This document shows, piece after piece, positions 52,448 to 64,000 of a stretch of DNA of 64,000 nt. The stretch is from Novakomyces olei. Its lineage: Eukaryota. The stretch covers positions 186,001-250,000 of the forward strand of contig JADEYG010000004.1 in NCBI GenBank assembly GCA_016906335.1, read 5' to 3'. The notes below the pieces were generated by a model. It searched no databases, was not told the DNA's origin, and was given only the letters and a program-made list of their open reading frames with translations. Position numbers and translations under genes: made by a program. How positions within the stretch are numbered: the stretch's first letter is position 1; the number at the start of each line of letters is the position of its first letter.

Positions 52448-55400
52448 TCAGAGCGTGCTCATGCCAAACAAGTAACCCAACTCGCGAAGGGAGAGTCGCG
52501 ATATGTTTTGCGCATCGCTCTCATTCAGCGCATTGTTAATAAGCTCCCTTTTCTGTTCCTGCAGGGCAATAACCCGTTCCTCAACCGTATCCTTTATCAA
52601 GATCCGATAAACGTGTACCGTGCGCATTTGGCCAATCCGGTGGGCTCGTCCGATCGCTTGTTCCTCAACCGCCGGGTTCCAGTACGGGTCCAGGATAATC
52701 ACGTGTGAGGCACAAGTAAGATTAAGGCCCACGTTGCCGGCTTTCAAAGAGATACACAGTATTTGGCACTCGTCCCGCTCAGCAAACATCCGGATTGTCT
52801 TGAACCTTTCCTCGCTCTTCATGCTGCCGTCGTAGGATAGAACGTTACGGAACCCACGCCGGAGCAAATGCTTTGTCAGCAGTCTTAAATACTGCAAAAA
52901 CTGAGAGAAAATAAGAATCTTTTCGCCCGGATATTTGTTGGTTATATGCGCGATAGTCTCGAGACATTTTTCCGATTTCGTGGACGAGTACACATCTTCG
53001 TCTGGCTGGGTAACAAGCACCCCGGACACGTAGAGTTCCGGCTTTGCTTCTGGCACTGCATTTTCCTGCTTGATTGCTCCACTAAACAACTGGCCTTCAC
53101 GGTACACTAGTCCGTCATTGCCCATATAAGTTCCATCGTTTGGGATAAGGGCAGCAGTAGCTGATGCAGCAGCGACAAGTGCCTTGGAAGATTTGGTCTC
53201 CTCCACTTGGAGAGCCGGAATCGGGCCATGAACAGCCTCCATGGCTTTCGTACAAACCATATGCAGTACAGGCGATCGGCATAAAAAGCACCGACGCTGC
53301 TCCGAACCGCTGCCTTCCTCATCGTCGCCAGAGATTAAAAGCCTATCTGATTCTTTTTGCCGGCACTCTTGACAACAAAAGTGGCCACAGGGGAAACTAA
53401 ACACTGGACTAACAGCGATATCGAGGCAAATTGCGCATTCAAGAGACGCACATGTATCGTAAATTCGCGCTATAACTTCTCCAGAAAATTTGCGGGCTAC
53501 TTTTGCTTGCTCTTCCATCTCAGCGGCGGGCAGACGACTATCCGGGTCGAGTTTTTCGAATTTTATCAGCAGCGGATGGCAGCAGGCCTGCCGTAGTCTT
53601 AAAAGCTTTACCAAAATAGACATAAAATTCTTTTTTACATGCTCTTCGCTCTGGTACTGGCGCATAACAGATTGCGCCTCGTCCTCGAGACTAGCATAAA
53701 AAGCCTGCTCATCCGCGGTCATTTCGTATGTACGCTTCTCTTCAACTTTGGGTACGAGCTGAATAATCACTCGCCCATCAATCTTTGTTTCTTTAGTTCG
53801 GCGCAGCATTATCGACTTTATAAAGGCCTGCAGTTTGCGAAGCACGGGGCCTCTCAAATTTCCGTTGTTTATGGGGTTCGAGAAAGTGGACCTGAATCTT
53901 TCGTAATTGTCATACGGAGCAATCCGACAAAACTTGACGAGCGAGAACAGCTCATCAACATTGTTCTGCATCGGAGTCCCCGTTACACACCACCTGTACT
54001 TGGCTTCAAGCAAATTGCAGGCCTTTGTAGTCAGTGAAGCCTTGTTTTTAATAACATGGGCCTCGTCTAAAGTGACCCTGTACCATCGGGAATCTATTAG
54101 CGGCAGTTCTGGCGGGGAAATAAAAAGATCAGGACGTTTCTGCAATGCATCCGCCCATTTTTCCTGCCTCCTAAACTCTGACATTAATGTACCATAAGAC
54201 GTAAGCACAATATCGTACTCTGCCAACCGGGATTTTGTCATGGGCCCACTCGACCCGGCCCTGGCCTTGGCCCCGTGGTACACAAAGGTCGAAAGGGGGT
54301 ACCCTTGCACATCTGTCTTTGTTATTATTTCTGTCTCCCACTGGCTCAAGAGCGATACTGGGCACACTATAAGATTTGCACCTGATGGTGCTGATGAGGG
54401 ATTAATAGCAGAAGCTGGAGCAGAAGTAGAAGCAGAAGTAGGAGCAGAAGTAGGAGCAGAAGTAGGAGCAGAAGCCGGATTAGTAGTAGTAGGGGCGGAA
54501 GCCTGCGGTCGGGCCAGTATATTTGCCAGTACTTCAATCGTTTTGCCCAGGCCCATTTCATCCGCAAGGATACCGCCTTTGCACTGTCCGTCTTCCATCT
54601 TTTGCATCCAGCTAAGCGCTACCTTTTGGTGCTCCAGCAGTGTGGGTATAAGCCCAGCCGGAGTTCCTGCTCGCTCTTTATCGTTTGCGCTGGAGGTAAT
54701 ATTGGCAAGAACGCTGCGCAGAGCAGCTTGCTCTGAAGCGTCCCGCCAAGCGCTGCTGCCAATCTGGATTACGTCATTGTTTGACGCGTTAGATGGCACA
54801 CTATAATGCGTGCGTGAAGCTGACTGTCGTAAAAGGGCGTCGTGGCCACCAGGGTAATGAGCTGCTCCGTTAAAAGCTGCTCCGTTAAAAGCTGCTCCTA
54901 CACGGCTGGCAGCATCCCAGACTGCCCGCATTACATGCGAGCCCAGACCTGTGTAGTCGTGGGTGCCAGAATGCTCTGGCTTGACTAGTAACTCGGGTTT
55001 CACGCCAGCTGGCAGAGGCGCCTCGTACTGGGGACCAAAATTTGTCTGCTGGATCAAACTGCCATCGGGCAAGTGTGACGAGGAAGCAGACAGAGCACCG
55101 GGGTACGTCCCGTACGCACCAATGTCAAAATAGCTGTGCTTTCTCCGTTTAGGGTTGTACGAAGACCCCACGATTACAACATCTTCGTCGTCAGTGTCCC
55201 CGTCCTTGCTCGCCTCGTTATACGCCTGGTCGGGTGTATCGTCATCAACAATCATCGCATTAGTCCATCCGTCAGCGACGCTCGACGTTTGGCTCCTCGA
55301 CGAGCCGTGTAGAGACTGTAAAGAGCCACTGCTTGTCAGTATAGAGGGAAATAGACCGATATTATATAATTTAAACTGCCTCTCCACGGAAAAAACGAGG

Positions 55401-55669
55401 CAAAGTCAGAAAATATCCTACTCTTCAAGCTCCGGCTTAACCAAACTGGTCGCACGAGTATCGGCTTCGTCAACAGTAGTGCTGGAGGAGGCACTGGCTG
55501 TCTCCAGCTCGGCCATCTGCTCGCGATCTGTCGCAGAAAAGACTTCGTCCAACTCTTGCGCAAGCTCCTGCCGCTGTTCATAGCTTAAGCCAGGCAGTTT
55601 TAGCCGCTCTATTAAGTAGCGCCGACGCGCTCTTAGCTCGTCTAAGCTTTGCAGTTTTAAACTGGTCAT
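52448..55669 (-). CDS. SNF2-family ATPase with embedded RING finger (Uls1/Ris1/Rrp1-2 type), 2 exons
   Basis: GGILADEMGLGKT, LDEAH, RWCVTGTPMQN, LLRLRQACCHP, RING CAICLD..CGH.CC..C..C.LCR, SLKAGNVGLNL, EEQAIGRAHRIGQ; SIM-like VVIV and VIQI in the N-terminus. Confidence 0.88.
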
Positions 55670-55758
55670 GTCGCGTTCGCAAGCGGCCAATGATCCATTT
55701 GCTCGCGCTGAATATTAATCGGTTCGCCTTCGCATCATACGTGTAGATAATGCGATAC

Positions 55759-55929
<171 letters not shown>

Positions 55930-55971
55930 TTATTTGTATACGTCAATTGCCATCTCGAGTCCCTGATCGGC

Positions 55972-56854
55972 ATGGAGCGCGTTCAAGTAGCCGGATTTTG
56001 GGCAAATATCTATGGACTGCCTCAAGTACGAGAGCAGATTCAACAAGGCAGCAATGATTTTGCAGCAGTTGTTCTTCTTCACGGCCGAACACGCAGCGCT
56101 GCGTCTTCAATTATGGTCGAATACGCAGAGCAGGTTGCCCGAACGGCTCCGGGAAGGGTGATTGCCATCACAATTGATGCGCGTAATCATGGGACAAGAA
56201 AGGTAGGGCTCGGTTTAAATTAAATTTTATTAATTAAATGGCAATGCTTTGTTTTAAATATCCAACTTGCGTCTAATCTACTCACAGATTGATGATTTGT
56301 CGAACCTTGGGTTTGAGGAAGGCAACCCGTTCCACGCTCAGGACTTGTACGCTTTCCAATTATACACAGCACAGGACGTTTCGGCTTTGGTGGACGTGCT
56401 GCCATCTCGGCTCTTTCCTCACGATGAAGCGCGTATAAGCAAATGGATTGTTAGTGGGATTAGTATGGGCGGCCATTCCTGCTATCACGCGCTGCAAGAC
56501 CCTCGTATATCAACTGCCGTGGTGATCATTGGATGCCCTACTCTTCAGATCCTTTTGCATCGCCGAATTGGCGGTCTGAAAAGTAAAGCGCAAGTTCCCA
56601 ACTCGTTTTGGAAACTGGTAGCAAAGAACCAGCCTTCCATAGACTTGCTCAAGCATAAGAATCTGTTTGTATTATCGGGCGGCCAAGATACGCTCGTGCC
56701 TCATTCTGCGGGGGAACAGTACCTTTTAGAATTGCAAAAAGCCATGGAAGGCACAGAGGGAAGTTTGGCCGTAAAGGTATTCGAAGATACTGGGCATGCC
56801 TTCACTCCTGAAATGATGAAGGCCGCTGTTGCGTATATATCACAACAACTTTGA
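55972..56854 (+). CDS. Alpha/beta-fold serine hydrolase, 2 exons
   Basis: LLHGR, IDARNHG, nucleophile GISMGGH, GGQDTLVP (Asp) and TGHAFT (His). Confidence 0.85.
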
Positions 56855-57114
56855 ACGGAGACTTCAAGCTGGAGAATTGACATGGAATTTAGAGACTAGA
56901 ATGACTGAGGTTTAGGAATCGTTTGAAACTGGTTTTATTTTGTAAGAGTTGAATGAGGGAAGGGGTGAAAAGAAATGGGTGCTTTAGGGATGATATTATG
57001 CGAAAGGTATTAGTGGTGTATAAGCACAACATGGACCAAATAGAAATGTAAAAATGAATCAAGAAAATGTATTGTACTCGCTGATTGCAGATTAAATCTA
57101 TAGAAATACAGCAG

Positions 57115-58920
57115 CTAAAAAGATAATTCGCTAAAAATATATGGAAATATGACAACGCAAGCCTTCCAAAAAACAAACATAGACTGGAATAGTGCTGCTG
57201 GCAGGCTGAAAATTCCCGTGACGCTACTCACGATTAATAACCACATGGAGTACAGAGCTACAGCGAAGAAATGAAAAAACAAAAGAAGCGGTTGGCGTTT
57301 GATACCGGAAAGCAATCCAACTGGTCCATTCAGAAAAGGGCCTCCGAGCTTCAAGTACTTGAAGCAGCCTTCCTGGAGAACTTGCAATCGCTCGTCTGTA
57401 GGTTAGTAATCATCTTATGTGCATAAATTATATTTATTTATTTCACTTACCGTCAGCGGCAAACAGCGAATATAGAGCTTGTGCAAGTATATTAACCACA
57501 CTAGATAGATGCTTCCTCTTCCAATGGAACAGGGCCAGCTGGCCGAGCACCTTGTCTGTATCTCCAAAATTAGGGACTTGTACAGGCGACAAAAGTTCCG
57601 TCAGCAAGTAAGCGTCGTTAAGGCCGACAGTCATGCCACCGCCAGTTAGAGGATGCCTCATGTTCATTGCATCTCCTACCAAGATGACCCCAGGTGTCGT
57701 ATTCTGAGTTGGAGGAAGCCATGAATTGGGCATAGACCGCGGCCGATTGTCCTTTATGGATTCCATAAACGACGGCTTCACTTGGTCCGGAAGGACAGAG
57801 TAAACTTTCTCCCGCAAATAAGATTGCAAGTCTCCATTTGATTGTGAAGGCAATTTCTCGCCCGGAACATCGACCAGCATGCGCGTTTCATCGGTCGAAA
57901 TCTGGTACATAAGAATAGGTGAATACTTTGACAGAATAACGTGTCCATAATTAGGAAAGGGCATATCTGCGTGGCGTAAAACGAGACCGACAAAGTTAGA
58001 CTTGACTTTGGCCTTTTTGGGGACAAATTGACGCCTAAAGCGGGAGAAACATCCGTCGCACACTATCGTCAATTTGGCAAAATGCTTTGTCCATTAGTAC
58101 GATCAAACAATAGGAATTGTCATGAAAATAAGAAGAACGCAAATATCTGAAGGCTTACATGTATCTGCTTTCCGCCTTTAGGAGTACAAGAAACTCCTAA
58201 TACTTGCCCGGTAGCGAGGTTGCGTACCAAATCGTTAACAGTTGCCTCGAGAACGGTTACACTAATGTTAGAATAGGTAAAGGGTTGACAATGATAAGAA
58301 GAATTGAACCCACAAAAGTACGCATGTACCGTACGGATGTGAAAGAGAAAGATATGCTTTGGGTGAAAAAAAACCACAAAAAAAAAAAAAAAAAAAAAAA
58401 AAAAAGAAACCAAGCCAAACCACTTAACGAGACACTTAAATCAACTAATCGTATAACCTACTTGGGGCAAGATAGAGCAAACTGCCTCAGCTTCATTACA
58501 AATCGGCCGTGTACAAAGCTACAGCCTTTTGCACGCTTCCCAGACTCTTCGTCCAAAAGAGGGTATGGAATCGGGGCGACCTGGCCGTGAAATAGGATCT
58601 GATACCCATCGCAACGAACTGCGTCGATACCCTCGAGAGCGCCTGAAAGCCCCAACTTTTTTAAAGCCTCAATTCCACCAGGCTGCAGTAGCTCTCCAAC
58701 GATACGGTCGGGAAAGGACAGGTCACGTTCTTATTGTTAGTCTAAATGCCAAATGTGCTTGCTGCCTTCAAGGATTCGTACCGATCAATAATACTTTACG
58801 GCCCTGTTGTCCCAGCCGGTAAGCCAGAGCCGATCCCACTACTCCGGCGCCCACAATAATTGCATCATGTTCTCGCCCGTCGAGAGCATTAGCGCTTTTT
58901 ACAGCCTGCAATGCCACCAT
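57115..58920 (-). CDS. ERG1: Squalene epoxidase, multi-exon
   Basis: IIVGAGVVG, ERDLSFPDRIVGELLQPGG, SFVHGRF, DGCFSRFR, GDAMNMRHPLTGGGMTV, NILAQALYSLF, CFKYLKLGG. Confidence 0.96.
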
Positions 58921-59059
58921 TTGTGGTTTATTTCGCAAAGTGGGCCGTTTCACGTGAGCCCATTTTTTTTGTCAAGTATTTTTGCCATATTATTTCCGAA
59001 TCTGTCTTTATATTATGGTGAATACCTTTTTACTATTTCGCGCGCGTGATAATTAATGT

Positions 59060-59180
59060 AAATAAAATAAATAATAAATAATAAATAATAAATAATAAAT
59101 AATAAATAATAAATAATAAATAATAAATAATAAATAATAAATAATAAATAATAAATAATAAATAATAAATAATAAATAAT
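59060..59180. repeat. (AATAAAT)n microsatellite between divergent ERG1 and TFB6
   Basis: Read directly. Confidence 0.92.
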
Positions 59181-59251
59181 TCTATATCGAAGATCTCTGG
59201 TTTTTATACAGATTAATTAGTTTTATTATGTGTAGCAATTGGTGACGTCTT

Positions 59252-60003
59252 ATGGAGGAGGACGAGACACCAAAAGAGCATCAAATCGCTCGTGACGGGT
59301 TCTTATTACCGCCAAAGCCTGACGAAGCTGAATTGAAGCCAACAGTGTCCAAGGATTATACCGCTAAAGCTCAACAGATTTCTCCAAGGCAGGAGGAGAA
59401 ACTGGTCTCATATCTTGATGATGCTCTGCTCGAAATGCAACGACGCTTCAATAAAAGGTTAGAATTTCGGCTTTACAAGGCTCCTTTCTTGTTTCTGCTT
59501 TTGCTTTTTTTTTTGTTTTTTCAGGGGTTTTCTGATCTTGCTTGGCTCCATTCGTGATTTTTTTTTTTTGGATTTCAATCCGTGAGTTCGAATTGCTAAA
59601 TCGGAAAAGGCTTATTGCGGGCGGGTATGACGTGTTTGATGCTGCCGTAGACGATTTTCATCGCGTCCTTTCGCTTTTACGCCGTTTGCCTCCTGAAAAA
59701 ACCTATTTGGCTATATCTTACGCTTTACAATTGGCCGACTTACTTAACGATATGATGGCTGCTCGTGTACCTTTTGCCGATACTTTTGATGTGTACTTGA
59801 ACGTGCTTGAAAACATTGATGTTTTATTTGTAAATATTTTGTGCGATCGCCGTGTAAATACTACGGAAAAAGTTCGAATGCGTGGAGTCGTGGAGCAAGG
59901 TCGCCGTGAATGTGCGGAAATGGCACCGCCGGGGACGGAGATCGAAGTCTTGCAAGCGTACGAAAAAACATTAGAAGCTCTTGATGACTTGGAGCAGCCT
60001 TAA
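59252..60003 (+). CDS. TFB6: Probable TFIIH subunit Tfb6-family protein, 2 exons
   Basis: EEKLVSYLDDALLEMQRRFNKR|..GGY, YALQLAD and VNTTEKVRMRGVVE resemble fungal Tfb6 blocks (from memory). Confidence 0.6.
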
Positions 60004-60169
60004 TCTTTACAAGGTGATTAGCTTTGTACGAAGATTTCCAGTGCGTATATTCATGTGACAACTTGCTGAGATTCTACATTGTTATTTGCAGAAGCCTTAA
60101 CGTATTAAAAAGTAGTTAAAATGGAGGTATCGCTATTTTTTAATGCTTTTTAGTGATTCTATTTGCGAC

Positions 60170-62472
60170 CTATATTTGTCCTGCAAAAGCCTCGTCCGTC
60201 AAATCCAACAGATCGAATGCGTGCCTTGCGGTAGCGGCCCATTTCCTCTGGCGCTCATCAGGGTCTGGTCTAGCAATGTTTGTGATTGTTACTCTCACAG
60301 TCATTTCAACGTCTCTTGCTGATATGGGCTTTGTACTCTCAACAACAAGAGATTCATCCGTTTCTTCACTATGGCAGAGGATTACTCGGGAGCATTGCTC
60401 TTGTCTGATGAGTCTGTATTCAACATCAGATTGTGCGTTTTCCTTATCCGCAAAAGAAGGGAGGCAAATGTGAGGAGCCCTTAATTTACTGCGACTGCCC
60501 CATTCTGTGCTTGTGATAAGGTCTCGAAACTCTTGGTTTTTGTCAAGCAAAGACGTAATGTCAAACCATGCTTGAAAGCAAAGATCGTATTGACTAGGCA
60601 GAATTGAATGTTAGCTCCACTTCTTTCCTCTATGATCATATTATATACCTCTTTGGCAAAAGTGTTTTAAGCACCGAGTTTTGCGGTGGTACAGCATACG
60701 CACGAAATGCTAAAGCATTTTGTTGATTAACAGCGACCTCAATGATCGGAGAGGTCGGGATATTCGGAAGAGACGGTGCAAAGACAAGACGAATATATTC
60801 GTCGGCTTGAGGATTTGTCGTTTGTCTCTTCAAAGACTCCCAGCATTTTTGAACTTTGCCTACGTCAATTGCCCTAATCATTGATTAGTATTGTCAATAT
60901 TTAATACAGGAATGTTTCCAACTTACTGTTCTCCAAATAACGTTGGCGGTGGCAAGCTTGTGCTCGCCCGTTTATTGTCTAGTTTTGCGTTTGCGTTTGA
61001 ACGGCCAGAATTTTTGGCCTCTTCAGACAAGTTTTGTTGGGTATCAGTTTTCTGGCCAGTTTCATCATTATGCGTTAAATTTGGCCGAACTTTGAGGTCA
61101 TCAAGCCTAATGGTTAGCCGTGAAAGCATAGCAATTCAAGTAATTACTCTGAAATTTGATCGCTCTCGAGTACAAGGCCTTCGGAAGACTTGAATCGAAA
61201 GGGAAACAAAATGTGTCCCAGCGTGGCACGGTAAAGGACCTTGCGCGTCCTTAGAGCCCGCGGGGGAGAAGGCGCTAAAAGCATATTGTGCTGACTACGG
61301 ACGGCATCAGCGTCTGTGCTGAAAGCTTCAAATCGGGTATCTGCATGCCGTTTTACCTGGGCCTTTTCTGGTTCTGAAACAAGTCGGCACCATCGTAAAC
61401 TGCTCGGCTCAGTTACAGCTTGTTGACGGCTTTGCACCAGAGCAGCCTTCGGGCTGGACTGCATTGGCATATAAACGACTACGCTGTTATCCAACTTTTG
61501 CGTAATCATACGTGTATGGCTGCTTTGCCATAAATCATGATAGTAGCGGTGAACTAGCCCTAAAAATGTTTGCACATTGTGCTTGCTGCGAGAATAAACC
61601 TGAAAAAAAACACTGTTTTTCTCTAAGATCGGCTTTACATATGTTTCTGCATGTGTCTGTATTCGATTCATAGCCGCACCTGAAGGCAGTAATGAGGTGT
61701 CGATCCCCTTTATTTCTATTTTGTGAAGGGATAGATCCAAGTTGCGTAGAACTGCTGCAAGATCTCGACTAAAGCTTGAATATTCTGTACGATTCATATG
61801 CACAATCAAAGCATTCTCCCGGACAGTAATGCTCTGTCCATACTTTGTAGACAGTTTGTGTAGTAATTGAGCATCGTTCAGTAAAAGAAAGAAAAGATCA
61901 TGCGGCTCCACTCGCCTCTTTACCTCGCTGCGTACCTCGTCTTGTGGCAATGGTACGTTAATATGCCAGTATTGACTGAGAATCTTCTTCAAAATAATGT
62001 CTTTCTTGTCGTACTTTGGTTGGCCCCGACCAAACGGTAGCTTTTCCGCCTGTGATCCCATACGGAGACGATAGTATTTTTCGACCTGACGATTGGAAAA
62101 TGCCTTTTTCAAGCGCGTTAAGAGTGCCTTGTATTCAATATGAGTCAGTTTGGTTTCTTGAGGCCGGTAGCTGTCCAATGCTCGAAACGCATCTTCATCA
62201 CTTTGATTCTTTTTTTTCCCATCAAAATCCTTGAAGACAGCACGAGTAAACTCATGGGCCTCTTTGCTGCGGCTGTAATCCGGCTGAAGTGCAGTTTTAT
62301 CTGTTTTGGGAGGCTTTGGCTCTTGATTGCTTCGCATTGGCATAATCAAAAGACTGTGCTTTTCTCCAAGAACTGATGACGCTCGCCGTTGCTGCAGACA
62401 TTGTGGACTTGTACGCCGCCGTGCTTTCAGCCACTGCCATGCCGCTGCAGACGGTGTCCCGCGCTTTAGCAT
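60170..62472 (-). CDS. SLS1: Probable mitochondrial Sls1-family inner-membrane regulator, multi-exon
   Basis: Arg-rich presequence, L..AFS..QV..YY and IL...W N-terminal blocks, P...YDL block; introns with GT..CTAAC..AG link four ORFs. Confidence 0.55.
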
Positions 62473-63694
62473 TCGCTTTCGTCTTTGAGCCGAATTGCCT
62501 ATCGAGAAATTCGATTAATTTGCATTGATATTTAATTTTTACTATTTTTTTATTATTGTCATTTAATTGCCAATTAATAATTAATTAAAACTGAATAATT
62601 TGCAACAAACTTTCGATTATAATATAATATAATGTAGTATTTCTGTATGATGCTATATGCTTAAAGCTCAGCTAAATATGAACGAGTTATAATTTCTCCA
62701 ATTTGATTACGATTTTCTCGTTCAATTGTCGTTCATCGCAATGAATCCAATTGCATTGTTAATGTCTTATTTATATCTACGCCGCCCACGCGTAACCACA
62801 TAACAAATTTGGACTTGGCATTGACTAGTACCGCAACATAATCACGTCCTAGTGGCAGTCGGAGACACGGATCGCTGTGGTTTCGTAGCCTAAACCTAAT
62901 ATCATTTGAGAGAGAGTGACGCAGTCAGTGGAAATAGTATGTAAAGTTACGTGCGTACACAGTAGGAAATGCCCTGCTACGCAGATAGATACACTTACCG
63001 TTACTTGGTCGCGATACGCCAAGGCCTATAACATTCTATTATGTCACAAACAGGCACAATATTACATGTCGACTAGCGTGGTCTTAACCTCAAAAATTTA
63101 TCCACGCCTCAAACGTTCGCCTTCCCTTCCATCTCGCTCTTATCGACAGAGGAGAAGCATTTGTTGGTTTCTTACTGTTCGCTACAGAGCAGTTAAATTT
63201 GCGTGGCTTTATTGTTTTCGTTGCTTGCTGCGTGTACTGCTGCTTTGCGTTTTGCGCCTTCCATTCTCATCCTTTTGCGCGTAATCGCCATATTTGCCCT
63301 TTATTGTTTTAGCTTTGGCTTTCCAGCCTTTGTTTAACATTGCTCGTGCCTGTGATCGAGTGTAGTACAAAACGGGGCAAAGTCGACTGTGTGGAAAACG
63401 TACTGGCGTTGTCGTTTTTCCTGTTTGATCTGTTTTACTGCTAAAAGAGCGAAACTCGGAACCGTGTCGTGTCATCTCGTTTTCGCGTTATACCTTGTCC
63501 CGCCGAAGCAATCGTTTGCCGTGAACAGGAGAGCCGTATCTCGATCCATCGGTTCGTGTTTGTCTTGCTGACGACCGTTCTATACTCGCATCTCTGCTCA
63601 ATCAGCGCAGCAAGGATCTAGTACGTTTGATCTCTGGAAAAAAATAAAGTCTGTTCCAGTGAGCAAGGGCTGATACTCAACACCAATCGTAACA

Positions 63695-64000
63695 ATGTCT
63701 TTTGCTTATGATAACCCCGGAGTCACTGCTCCCACTGGCAGTGGCGGGTCTGGTGCATCGATCACTCAGGGCGGGTCTGCCGTGGACAGTCCCGTAAACT
63801 CTACCTTTGGAGGTGCAGCTGCTGGAGCGGCTAGTGCCGCTCCATCTGCAGGAGCCGCTGGCAAGGCTACGCCACCACCTCAATCCTCCTCGAGCGTTGG
63901 CGGTGACCAGAAAAACACGCTGTGGATGGGTGAACTTGAATCCTGGATGGATGAAGCCTTTGTCCGCCAGCTCTGGTATTCATTGGGCGAGCAGGTCAAT
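63695..64000 (+). CDS. RRM RNA-binding protein of the Nam8/Ngr1/Csx1 family, 3'-truncated
   Basis: Open frame from ATG 63695 to the window end; NTLWMGELESWMDEAFVRQLWYSLGEQVN is the family's RRM1 start. Confidence 0.85.
   Translation, partial: MSFAYDNPGVTAPTGSGGSGASITQGGSAVDSPVNSTFGGAAAGAASAAPSAGAAGKATPPPQSSSSVGGDQKNTLWMGELESWMDEAFVRQLWYSLGEQVN

Overview
This is gene-dense, intron-rich nuclear DNA from an ascomycete fungus. It uses the standard genetic code, and its intron style and gene content suggest an early-diverging yeast-like lineage such as Taphrinomycotina or Lipomycetales (inference). I can support 27 protein-coding genes plus one intron-containing tRNA-Ser(UGA). The genes are FOX2 (5'-truncated), creA/MIG1, TIF35, a rhomboid protease, FAA1, an orphan membrane protein, COA6, RKM5, HIR3, ATP15, a ChAPs/BUD7 gene, POS5, MUS81, a Cu-transporting P1B-ATPase, URA3, MDM35, CWF19, GET1, FLO8-like, BET3, SNRNP40-like WD40, ULS1-like SNF2, an alpha/beta hydrolase, ERG1, TFB6, SLS1 and NAM8-like (3'-truncated). 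I saw no mobile element, CRISPR array or secondary-metabolite cluster. The most notable observations are: (1) a Fox2 with two dehydrogenase domains, a hydratase and a C-terminal SCP2 domain, spliced through a GC-AG intron; (2) introns as short as 33-40 nt and frequent AAG 3' splice sites; (3) very short divergent promoters occupied largely by AT-only microsatellites; (4) a tandem MCB array upstream of MUS81; (5) a long insertion in the rhomboid; and (6) one unassigned two-exon gene. I did not find a clearly novel multi-gene system. All exon boundaries were read by eye, and all gene names rest on recalled motifs rather than database searches.
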